Shown here piece after piece: positions 20,592-28,737 of a DNA stretch of 64,000 nucleotides. How positions within the stretch are numbered: position 1 is the first letter of the stretch; each line of letters opens with the position of its first letter. Below the pieces are notes generated by a model that did no database searches, was not told where the DNA came from, and was given only the letters and a program-made list of their open reading frames with translations. The position numbers were made by a program, and so were the translations under genes. Origin of the DNA: Candidatus Moraniibacteriota bacterium (GTDB taxonomy: Bacteria; Patescibacteriota; Minisyncoccia; Moranbacterales; GCA-2747515); NCBI GenBank assembly GCA_040772365.1, contig JAXGYI010000007.1:5752-69751 (forward strand), written 5' to 3'.

Positions 20592-20922
20592 TACAATCAT
20601 CATCACGGCAATTTTTGGCAGCATCATCCTCAGTGTCTTCATGCTTTCCTACGTAGAAAATCGCCAGGTGCGCAACGGCGAAAACTTCTGGAGTGTCGCT
20701 TTTGTTGATCCGTTGGGCGCCACCAACAACATCGCAATTGACAATCGCACCCGCACCGACACCGTCTTTCACTACACCATCCGCGACGCCGCCGGCGCTA
20801 TACTCATGGAATCAGACATCACCATCCCCACCCGCACAACACAAACCGTCGCCATCCCCCATCCCGCACCACTCACCGTTACTGTCACTGCGGACGATAC
20901 AACGCTTACCGTAGAAAAATAA
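20581..20922 (+). CDS. Small membrane-anchored beta-rich protein
   Basis: MKNN + TM, overlaps the upstream gene, Ig-like beta pattern. Confidence 0.65.
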   Translation: MKNNTIIITAIFGSIILSVFMLSYVENRQVRNGENFWSVAFVDPLGATNNIAIDNRTRTDTVFHYTIRDAAGAILMESDITIPTRTTQTVAIPHPAPLTVTVTADDTTLTVEK

Positions 20923-20926
20923 AAAA

Positions 20927-20952
20927 CCGTAACACACTAGTGTATGTTACGG
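20927..20952. terminator. Putative terminator between convergent genes
   Basis: CCGTAACA...TGTTACGG stem preceded by an A-tract. Confidence 0.55.
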
Positions 20953-20979
20953 CTTCTGTGAAAAAGCGGTCTTTCTACT

Positions 20980-21270
20980 CTACTTCATCAACCACTCCTT
21001 CACATCTTCCACCATCGCCCGCCGTTTACTGCGGCGATGGTTTTGTTGCACCTCTTTTATGATGCTGGAGGTGTAGTTAATGACCCCCCCAGCAATGGAA
21101 TTGCGTGCTTGATTTTCACGTTCAGTATGCCAACGCGCAACAGAACAACGTTGCCACTCGCCCAGAAAAAGAGCAAGGAGACTCATGCCTCCAAAGAGCA
21201 CAACGCCGACGAGGCATACCAGGGCATACTCAAAAAATTTTGCCATGATAATTGTTTCCATGTCCACCAT
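20980..21270 (-). CDS. Hypothetical single-TM orphan protein
   Basis: GGAGGG SD before ATG 21270; one TM. Confidence 0.6.
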   Translation of the reverse strand: MVDMETIIMAKFFEYALVCLVGVVLFGGMSLLALFLGEWQRCSVARWHTERENQARNSIAGGVINYTSSIIKEVQQNHRRSKRRAMVEDVKEWLMK

Positions 21271-21346
21271 AGCACCCTCCACAAAGTTGCAAAAATCCCC
21301 TCCCTCCGGGAATTTTTTAGTTTTGTTAAATCAACGACGAATTTGT

Positions 21347-21375
21347 ATTATATCATCTTTTTACAAAAAAGTCAA
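21347..21375 (-). promoter_or_regulatory. Near-consensus sigma70 promoter
   Basis: TTGACT-17-TATAAT with extended TG. Confidence 0.65.
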
Positions 21376-21425
21376 TAGTTCATTTTCCGCATCAATATGC
21401 GCTTTTTTCACTTTTCCAAAAAAAA

Positions 21426-21448
21426 TGCACTGCGGATAATGCAGTGCA
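21426..21448 (-). terminator. Intrinsic terminator after the 37-aa ORF
   Basis: TGCACTGC/GCAGTGCA stem followed by a T-tract on the minus strand. Confidence 0.7.
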
Positions 21449-21461
21449 ACTTCATCATTTT

Positions 21462-21575
21462 TCATATGGAGCTAACACTCATCCAGATGATCGCTCCAAA
21501 TAGGAAGAGTGTGATTACCATAGCAGAAACTCCAATCATGGCTTTTTCCCATAGAGAAAATGGATATTTTTTCAT
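21462..21575 (-). CDS. 37-aa small membrane peptide
   Basis: GAGGAGG SD 5 nt before ATG; MKKYPFSLWEKAMIGVSAMVITLFLFGAIIWMSVSSI; own terminator. Confidence 0.6.
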   Translation of the reverse strand: MKKYPFSLWEKAMIGVSAMVITLFLFGAIIWMSVSSI

Positions 21576-21645
21576 GGTGTCCTCCTCGCCCAATGGGTTA
21601 GTATATGATAGGATGCTAATGAACAATGTTTTCAGTATATCCACT

Positions 21646-22767
21646 ATGTCTACAAAACACAAGATTCTCTTTGTCACGCGACCCCTTGCACCGCCGTGGG
21701 ATGAGGCGAGTAAAAACTTTGCATATGATTTGGCGGTGCATGCTACTGCCGGCGACATCACCATTCTCACAAACGCGCCTGTGCCCGGACTGCCGTCACA
21801 CATCACACAAAAGCGCATCTACACTGCCAACCGTTTTTCCCTGTGGCAAAAAATACGTCTTGTGTGGTGGCTCACACGTCACGCTAAACACTACGACATC
21901 GCTCACCTCTTGTTCACGCCCACCCCATTCAATAGTGCTATTTTGCGATGTATCCTGCATCGCGCCCGCCTCACCGTCGTGCAAACTATCGCCACCGTAC
22001 GCGACGATCTGTACACACCCCGCCAACTGCGCGCACTGTTTTTCGGCGATGCGTTAGTCGTCTATTCGCAGTGGGGCGCAAACAAGCTCCGCGCACTAGA
22101 ATTCACAAACGTGCACCACATCTATCCGGGCATTGACACAGCCCGCTTCCGCCCCGCACCAAAAGACCCACTCCTGCTCCAAAAGTGGAATATTGCGCCC
22201 GATGCCACTGTCGTTACATATCCGGGAGAATTTGTGCGCTTGGGCGCCACAGATATGATCATTGACGCCTTTGCACAGATTTGGCGCAATGGCGCTAACC
22301 GCGAGATCATCTATCTGTGCGCATGCCGTATCAAAAATGCCGCTGACGCGGCAAAAAAGCGCGACGTCATGGAACGCCTTACGCAATTGGGCATTGCCGA
22401 CCGCGTGCGCTTCACCGACACCTACAACAACATGAATGCCGTGTATAATCTCTCTGACATTATTATCTTTCCCGTCGCTGACATGCGCGGAAAATTTGAC
22501 GTACCGTTGGCAATGGTAGAGCCCTACCTATGTGAAAAGCCAGTCATTGCATCTCATCTTCCACAGCTAGCGGAGTTTTCAAGCCCCGCAATTAATGTTA
22601 TACTTCCCACATTAAGTGCCAATGCGTTGGCTGGTGCTATTGTGCGCCTTGCACATGACCCCGCCGCACGTGCACACCTCGGCAAAAACGCCTCCACATT
22701 TGCCCGTTCTACATTTACTATCCCCATGATTGCCCACGCCTATGAAGACCTCTACAACAAATTTTAG
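21646..22767 (+). CDS. Glycosyltransferase family 4
   Basis: ILFVTRP..PPWDE, IYPGID..RF.P, DVPLAMVEP...KPVIAS; start at ATG 21646. Confidence 0.85.
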   Translation: MSTKHKILFVTRPLAPPWDEASKNFAYDLAVHATAGDITILTNAPVPGLPSHITQKRIYTANRFSLWQKIRLVWWLTRHAKHYDIAHLLFTPTPFNSAILRCILHRARLTVVQTIATVRDDLYTPRQLRALFFGDALVVYSQWGANKLRALEFTNVHHIYPGIDTARFRPAPKDPLLLQKWNIAPDATVVTYPGEFVRLGATDMIIDAFAQIWRNGANREIIYLCACRIKNAADAAKKRDVMERLTQLGIADRVRFTDTYNNMNAVYNLSDIIIFPVADMRGKFDVPLAMVEPYLCEKPVIASHLPQLAEFSSPAINVILPTLSANALAGAIVRLAHDPAARAHLGKNASTFARSTFTIPMIAHAYEDLYNKF

Positions 22768-24262
22768 CGCACACATCACCGAACAATCGCCGCACCGCTT
22801 CACTTTCAAAACACCGGGAATGGACGTGCCGGCAACATTTTTCATGAGTCGCGATTTGTTACCAGATGCGGAGACATTTGCCAAAGTGGAAGACATCGCG
22901 TCTAATAAAGACACGTTATTCCGCTATACCGTCGCCATGCCCGATGTCAGCTCCAAGCCAGGACGTAAAAACGCTTCCGGAACAACAATTGTGTCCGAAA
23001 AATACATTCTCCCACAGGTGAACGATTCCGACCCCAACTGTGGCATGCGCCTTGTTGCTACATCATTGAGTGACGCCAATACTACCCCCGAAGAATTAGA
23101 CCGCCTGTTCCAAGAACTCACCACCGTCGTGCCTACTAAAAAATTCATCGGCACTTATGCGCCGTTTCGCACAATCGTAGACATTTGCCGTCGTGGCACC
23201 ATTGCCGCCATAGAACACTTTGGTATTACCACTGCCGATGAGCTGCGCAATACACAGAGCGGCGGTAATTTCTTTGATCGCGAAATGACGCGGCAAGACA
23301 TCTTTGATGCCATCCCCCGCCTATACATGCATTTTGCACAACTGCGGCTGGGCGTAATCGGCGCAGCTGGCAATCACTTCCTGGATCTCATGAAAGTCAC
23401 CGACATCGTCGATCACGAAAAGGCTAAGTTGCTGGGCATCACAAAGGGGCAGTATTTGTTCATGATCCACACGGGATCCGGCATCTTGGGACAATACACC
23501 ATGTACACGCATACAGCGAAAAAACCCGAACACCTCTCACAGGCACTGATGGTGGCACTGGGGCGACTGACATTTCGCACTACTAAAAAGGCCGTCTACA
23601 AAAAAATGCAAGAGAAAATTACGCGCCACATGCACGATGATCATCGCTTGCTAACCTATGATGGCGACGGCCCCGATGGCGAGCTCTATATGCGCGCCCG
23701 CGCAGCAGCGTCCAATTTCGGCACAGCAAACCGCGCCGTCATCACGCACAACATTGCCACTACTGTACGCAACGTCCTCAAACGTAATGCACAAATGCGC
23801 CTTATCTACGACATGCCGCATATCTCCATCACGCGCGAACACCACTTTGGTGCAGATGTGTGGGTACATCGATCCAACACATCACGTGCATTTGGTCCGT
23901 CACAGATGCAGCACCACCCCATCTTTGCCAAAACAGGTGAGCCGGCATTTATCCCCTCATCCATGAGCACTGATGCATACATCTGTGTCGGCACAGACCA
24001 CAATCACGATAGTTTCTTTTCCGCACCGCACGGCACTGGTAAAGGTATTAACACCGATGAGCAGTCCATAACTACGAAAGAGGAGCTCTTTGCAAAGATG
24101 AAAGAAAAAGGTGTTGCACTACACAACGCCAAGTCATCTATCGTCATCAATCAAGATTCCGCTCGCTATAAGAATATCGCGCGCGTCATTGAAGGTGTGG
24201 AAGCTAATAGCATCGCACACGTCGTCGCGACCATGCGCCCCGTGCATGTAATCATGTATTAA
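22742..24262 (+). CDS. rtcB: Divergent RtcB-family ligase
   Basis: MPD, DPNCGMRL, GNHF, MIHTGS, YDxxH, IPSSM, SAPHGTG, YK motifs in RtcB order; overlaps GT4 by 26 nt. Confidence 0.85.
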   Translation: MKTSTTNFSAHITEQSPHRFTFKTPGMDVPATFFMSRDLLPDAETFAKVEDIASNKDTLFRYTVAMPDVSSKPGRKNASGTTIVSEKYILPQVNDSDPNCGMRLVATSLSDANTTPEELDRLFQELTTVVPTKKFIGTYAPFRTIVDICRRGTIAAIEHFGITTADELRNTQSGGNFFDREMTRQDIFDAIPRLYMHFAQLRLGVIGAAGNHFLDLMKVTDIVDHEKAKLLGITKGQYLFMIHTGSGILGQYTMYTHTAKKPEHLSQALMVALGRLTFRTTKKAVYKKMQEKITRHMHDDHRLLTYDGDGPDGELYMRARAAASNFGTANRAVITHNIATTVRNVLKRNAQMRLIYDMPHISITREHHFGADVWVHRSNTSRAFGPSQMQHHPIFAKTGEPAFIPSSMSTDAYICVGTDHNHDSFFSAPHGTGKGINTDEQSITTKEELFAKMKEKGVALHNAKSSIVINQDSARYKNIARVIEGVEANSIAHVVATMRPVHVIMY

Positions 24263-24292
24263 CATAGTAATTTTCTTAGTACCACGGACCCT

Positions 24293-24604
24293 ATGAACGT
24301 CGTCACACTCAAAGAATACATCATTACCACATTGCATCTGAATGATCTAGATCAGCCTCGTAAGGATAAAATCGCCCAAGACCTCGTCATGCTAGCAACA
24401 GAGAAAACGTTTGATGACCTATTAGAAAATATGAGCAGTGCAGATTTGGACAGTCTGCAACAATATGCCGATGTGCAATCAGATCATCTTCCTGCAATGC
24501 TACAGGAAACTGACAAGCATCTTCAGCAATTCTCTCTTATCTTTAACAAACACCTTCATGAACTCCTTCGAAAATCCCAAGCAGTAGCCGGAGCATCACA
24601 GTGA
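24293..24604 (+). CDS. Hypothetical small helical protein
   Basis: 103-aa ORF with amphipathic helices. Confidence 0.55.
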   Translation: MNVVTLKEYIITTLHLNDLDQPRKDKIAQDLVMLATEKTFDDLLENMSSADLDSLQQYADVQSDHLPAMLQETDKHLQQFSLIFNKHLHELLRKSQAVAGASQ

Positions 24605-24887
24605 AAAAAATCATACGCCAGAGACAGACAGTGCCGCCGTGCGTGAAAAAACTCCTGCAGAAAATCGAGCTGCACATGTTGAAAACATCCTTACTGCGGA
24701 ATTAGATCAATATCACGATGCACGAGAAGATGTAAAACTTGGAGATGTGCAGGACTGTCGTGTATTTTTAGAAGTCATTGGAAGTGATAGTGTGGGAAAT
24801 CTCGCAGAAACGCTGGTGAATCTGCCTATGCATGAAACACCGAAAGAACAGCTTTATAAGGAGTCGTGGGCCCAAAGAGCACAATAG
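24558..24887 (+). pseudogene. Hypothetical protein, possibly interrupted by TAG at codon 10
   Basis: ATG 24558 gives MNSFENPKQ*PEHH..., in frame with the 24639..24887 ORF. Confidence 0.35.
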
Positions 24888-24913
24888 CTCACCGTACTAC
24901 GGCATTATGATTC

Positions 24914-26065
24914 ATGGAACTTTTTAAGAAAAGTAACAAAGAGTATATGCAATCTTTTGAGCACCAAATCCTGCAAAAAAAGAATGAGGAAGAAAATGTA
25001 CCACCTGCTGAACAAGAACGCCACCTGCCGGAAGATGCCGTAGAACAACATCGCGTTGAAGAGCACGCGAAGAGGATTGACGAATTTCTTGCCCAAGAAA
25101 AAATCACACGTGACGAACGCGCACAAGAAACCACACTGCACAAAGTCATCGGACGTAGAGTTATAGCAGCTGCGGCAGCTGGTCTTTTTCTCTTTGGCGC
25201 AGCAGAACGTACACATGGTGCACAAGAACCGCACCCCGCTACTACAGTACAAAAAGAATGGACGACACATGACGATGAGCAGGACACTCTCAGGCCTCTC
25301 AAAGAAGTGTTACCAGAGCCACCAACACTACGCAGTGAATTGGCGCAGATAGCAAAGGACCTTGAAAATCTCAAAAATGACGAACACCGCAACCCTCTTG
25401 AGGACATGCTCTCCGTGTCTCTGCCAGCAGACATCTCTTTCACATTGACAGTGGATCAGATAGAAGTATTATCTGCACAGATCACAGATGCGCGCGTCAA
25501 AGCAGCTCATCAATTGTTTAATCCCAGCGGCACCACAGAACACCCCGAAAAAGCATATCGTCGTACCACCACCGAATCTGCAGAAAAAACACCAGTAATA
25601 CCACCCGTCGAAGAACGTATTGCTGATATCAAAAGTACATTGCGCGAGCAGATCCATAGCCTCCTCCCTGAAAAAACCATACGTGCTGTATCGCCCAAGT
25701 CTCTCGCAGATTTTCTAGAAGATATGTCAGATATTGAAGATATGTCAGATATTGCAGAAGAACTCTCCCACTACGACTGGAACCGTCAATACCCCTTAGA
25801 AAAGGAGCAGCGGGGCTCCATTGTTGCAAGCATTGGAACATTGCCGTACAATCTCGATACCGCACCACAGGAAACTTACGACGCCACTTCTAATATAGGC
25901 TCAGACGAAGCAGGAACTCTTCTTGGTATACATATCTCTGGCGACCTTAATAATCTTCCTTCGGATGCACTCAGTGAGGCATTCAATAAAGAAATAAATC
26001 TTATTAAGAAAAATCCCCTAGGAAAAGTCGCTGCTGAGTTACTAGGCTGGACAATCACACGCTAG
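24914..26065 (+). CDS. Hypothetical protein with internal signal/TM segment
   Basis: 383-aa ORF; acidic N-terminus, RRVIAAAAAGLFLFGAA; start may be 24947 (MQSFEH). Confidence 0.65.
   Translation: MELFKKSNKEYMQSFEHQILQKKNEEENVPPAEQERHLPEDAVEQHRVEEHAKRIDEFLAQEKITRDERAQETTLHKVIGRRVIAAAAAGLFLFGAAERTHGAQEPHPATTVQKEWTTHDDEQDTLRPLKEVLPEPPTLRSELAQIAKDLENLKNDEHRNPLEDMLSVSLPADISFTLTVDQIEVLSAQITDARVKAAHQLFNPSGTTEHPEKAYRRTTTESAEKTPVIPPVEERIADIKSTLREQIHSLLPEKTIRAVSPKSLADFLEDMSDIEDMSDIAEELSHYDWNRQYPLEKEQRGSIVASIGTLPYNLDTAPQETYDATSNIGSDEAGTLLGIHISGDLNNLPSDALSEAFNKEINLIKKNPLGKVAAELLGWTITR
25718..25753 (+). repeat. 18-bp perfect tandem duplication
   Basis: GAAGATATGTCAGATATT x2 (EDMSDI x2). Confidence 0.9.
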
Positions 26066-26112
26066 TATAATCACGGCATACACTATCCATAGTTGCGGTG
26101 TGTACATTTTTT

Positions 26113-27180
26113 CTATGGTTTTTGTGCACATGCCAATGTTAATAATTTTATCATCAAACGTTTTTGTGACAGTCCGCTTGCTTCCCAGAGTTTTGGGTAC
26201 ATGCTGATTGCCGTGAAGCCGGGAATCGTGTTGATCTCGTTGACATAAATCTCATTTTTTATCGTCACAAAAAAATCCACGCGCGCCATACCGTCGCAGC
26301 ATAGTGTTTCCATGACTTTTGCTGCCATCGTTTGCACAGCACGCGCTGTACTAACGGGAATACGCGCCGGAATTGCCATTGTAGCTCCATGGTCATCATT
26401 GTACTTTGCATCGTAGGAGTAAAAATCATGCGTAGGCACAATTTCACCCGGCACTGATACGGTAAGTGCACTACTACTGCCAAGCACTGCACACTCAACC
26501 TCCTTACCATCGATATACTGCTCTACGAGAATCTTCTCATCGTGACGAAATGCATCTGCTAGCGCCGCCGCAAACTCACCCTGCTTGGCTACCTTGTGCA
26601 CACCAACTGATGATCCAGCGTTTGCCGGTTTTACAAAAAACGGCACGCCAAGCGCACGCGCAACACGCCCATAGGTGATTGTTTTTTTCTCTGCACGCGT
26701 AAATACCAAAAAATCTGCAATCGGTAGGTCTGCATCGCGAAGAAGACGCTTTGCCACATCCTTATCCATGCCCACCGCCGATCCCAAGACACTAGGGCCG
26801 ACGCACGGCACGCCGTACATCTGACACAGCCCTTGCAACGATCCATCCTCGCCGTTGCGTCCATGCAGCACAGGAAACACGGCACTAATTTTTGTAGTGC
26901 GATCACCTTTGCGCAACACACATACACTTTTTTCATAGTCCACCACCACATGCGCCCGCCCGTCATGTACATCAATCGCGCCACGCTGTAAATCACGTCG
27001 TCGCCCCTCCCACCAATGCCCATCACGATCAATCGCCACCAAAACAACGCGATACTTTTTCTCATCAATCGCCGCTACAACATTTTTTGCCGACATGAGT
27101 GATATGTCATGCTCCGATGATTTACCACCATAGAGCACTGCTATGGTGATTTTTTTTGTCCGGCGCGCACGTTTTTTCAT
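26113..27180 (-). CDS. ddl: D-alanine--D-alanine ligase
   Basis: GGKSSEHDIS, HGRNGEDG, KPANAGSSVG, FYSYDAKY, NEINTIPGFT. Confidence 0.95.
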   Translation of the reverse strand: MKKRARRTKKITIAVLYGGKSSEHDISLMSAKNVVAAIDEKKYRVVLVAIDRDGHWWEGRRRDLQRGAIDVHDGRAHVVVDYEKSVCVLRKGDRTTKISAVFPVLHGRNGEDGSLQGLCQMYGVPCVGPSVLGSAVGMDKDVAKRLLRDADLPIADFLVFTRAEKKTITYGRVARALGVPFFVKPANAGSSVGVHKVAKQGEFAAALADAFRHDEKILVEQYIDGKEVECAVLGSSSALTVSVPGEIVPTHDFYSYDAKYNDDHGATMAIPARIPVSTARAVQTMAAKVMETLCCDGMARVDFFVTIKNEIYVNEINTIPGFTAISMYPKLWEASGLSQKRLMIKLLTLACAQKP

Positions 27181-27298
27181 AGAAGATATCCATTACCGTA
27201 TAACAATTACCTCCTCCATCTTTCAGTGTACAGTATCCCCACTTTTTAGGGAAATAGACCAACATTTCCCTACGCAAAAAATTACGCGTCACATACAT

Positions 27299-27516
27299 TT
27301 ATTTTCCAGTATACCCACGACCAAATGACACCCATATCCCCAACGCCATGGTGTTGCAATATATGGCACACCAAAGGCGCGTATGACGACATATGAGACA
27401 TTGCCGATGACGACACCATTCATCCGATTGATGATACACAAACGGAACTGCTGATCTACACGCCGCCGATCTGCAGACGATCCGCCGTTCCAGTATACAT
27501 AATCACCATCATAGTA
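27299..27516 (-). pseudogene. Degraded remnant of a small YWxGG...RWGYGW family protein
   Basis: YWNGGSSADRRRVDQQFRLCI...IRAFGVPYIATPWRWGYG, then a frameshift to SFGRGYTGK*; no start codon, TAG upstream. Confidence 0.55.
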
Positions 27517-27565
27517 CTAACAGTAATTATAACTTTTTTTTATCTGCATACAATCATCGGCTATG

Positions 27566-27982
27566 TTACAGATCTTCCTCACTGACAACGGAAATACCGT
27601 GCTTTTTGAGCAGCTCCGTCGTTACGCCATCGCCGCGCACCACATGCCCTGCAAACGTCCCATCATACACCTGCCCGCATCCGCACGAAGGGCTACGTTG
27701 CTTAAGGATCGCGCCTATCACATCGTACTGTTTGGCAATGCGCAAAGTCTCTTCGGCGCCGCGCGTAAACTGCACTGTCACATCATTCCCGTCTTTCGTC
27801 ACCACACGATCACCGCGACGCTCGGCTTCCGTGCGAGGTGTCGGCAAACCACCTAATTGCTCGGGACACACAGGAATCAACATTTCTTTTTGTGCAATCT
27901 TCAGCACACGATCATTAGCCTTTGATTGCCCATCATATCGACACCGCACACCGAGCAAACATGCACTACAAAGTCGTGCCAT
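27566..27982 (-). CDS. DUF523 / 2-thiouracil desulfurase family protein
   Basis: SACLLG..CRYDG, CPEQLGGLPTPR, LKQRSPSCG, GDGVT. Confidence 0.92.
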   Translation of the reverse strand: MARLCSACLLGVRCRYDGQSKANDRVLKIAQKEMLIPVCPEQLGGLPTPRTEAERRGDRVVTKDGNDVTVQFTRGAEETLRIAKQYDVIGAILKQRSPSCGCGQVYDGTFAGHVVRGDGVTTELLKKHGISVVSEEDL

Positions 27983-28134
27983 AAACTATATAATGATGCT
28001 ATTTCTTTATAACCATGTTACCATACTACTGTTCACAATACCATCATACCATACACATATAACAGCCCTAGGGTGTAGGACTTTTTTTGTCACCCACTTT
28101 GAAAAAAAGCCATTTCCCTCTACAATAGTAGTAT

Positions 28135-28737
28135 ATGCAGATTATCACCATTTCCGGTCTGGACGGTTCGGGAAAATCTACACAGGCACGATTGATGCAG
28201 CACTGCCTCCGTCGCCACGGCGCGCACGTGCGCTATTTCAACGCGACGCAGTTTTCCATCGCGCGCGTTCTCACCACCGGGCAAAAACGTAGTGCCGACG
28301 GCAAAACCCGCGACGTCACACAGGCGACGCCGTTTGCCATTTGGTTGCGAACAGTGGCACTTTTTGTAGACGTAGTGCGTTTTCGCATCTGGATCTCGTG
28401 GCTTGGCAGGATGCACGGTGTCACACACATCATCTCCGACCGCTACTTCTACGACAGTATTGTCAACATCGCCTACCTCTCCAAACAAACCTACATGCCG
28501 TGGTTTCGGTCGCTTATTGTGCCACCGACTTATGCTTTTCTTTTATCCGTTCCACCCGATACCATCATGACACGTAGCACTCCACCGGCGCAAGGCACGG
28601 ACTACCTCATCCACAAAGACATCCTCTACCGCGACTATGCGCCCACGTTTACTCTACGCCGTATTGATGGTAATCGTTCACAAGAAGTTATTGCGGCGGA
28701 TTTCTGCGCCATCATCACCTCTCACAAAACCCTATGA
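28135..28737 (+). CDS. Thymidylate-kinase-like P-loop kinase
   Basis: ISGLDGSGKSTQ, SDRYFYD; ATGA overlap with the flippase. Confidence 0.8.
   Translation: MQIITISGLDGSGKSTQARLMQHCLRRHGAHVRYFNATQFSIARVLTTGQKRSADGKTRDVTQATPFAIWLRTVALFVDVVRFRIWISWLGRMHGVTHIISDRYFYDSIVNIAYLSKQTYMPWFRSLIVPPTYAFLLSVPPDTIMTRSTPPAQGTDYLIHKDILYRDYAPTFTLRRIDGNRSQEVIAADFCAIITSHKTL

Noticed and set aside
21397-21645. N-terminal extension of the GT4 ORF
   Set aside because: The region holds an antisense small gene with SD and terminator; GT4 similarity begins at MSTKHKILFV
26113-27180. VanA-type D-Ala-D-Lac ligase / glycopeptide resistance
   Set aside because: Has the YxYxxKY omega loop typical of D-Ala-D-Ala ligases, and no vanH/vanX is nearby
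27325-27585. Plus-strand ORF with internal TGA (MTPISP...*DIADDD...TM)
   Set aside because: Better explained as the antisense shadow of the minus-strand pseudogene
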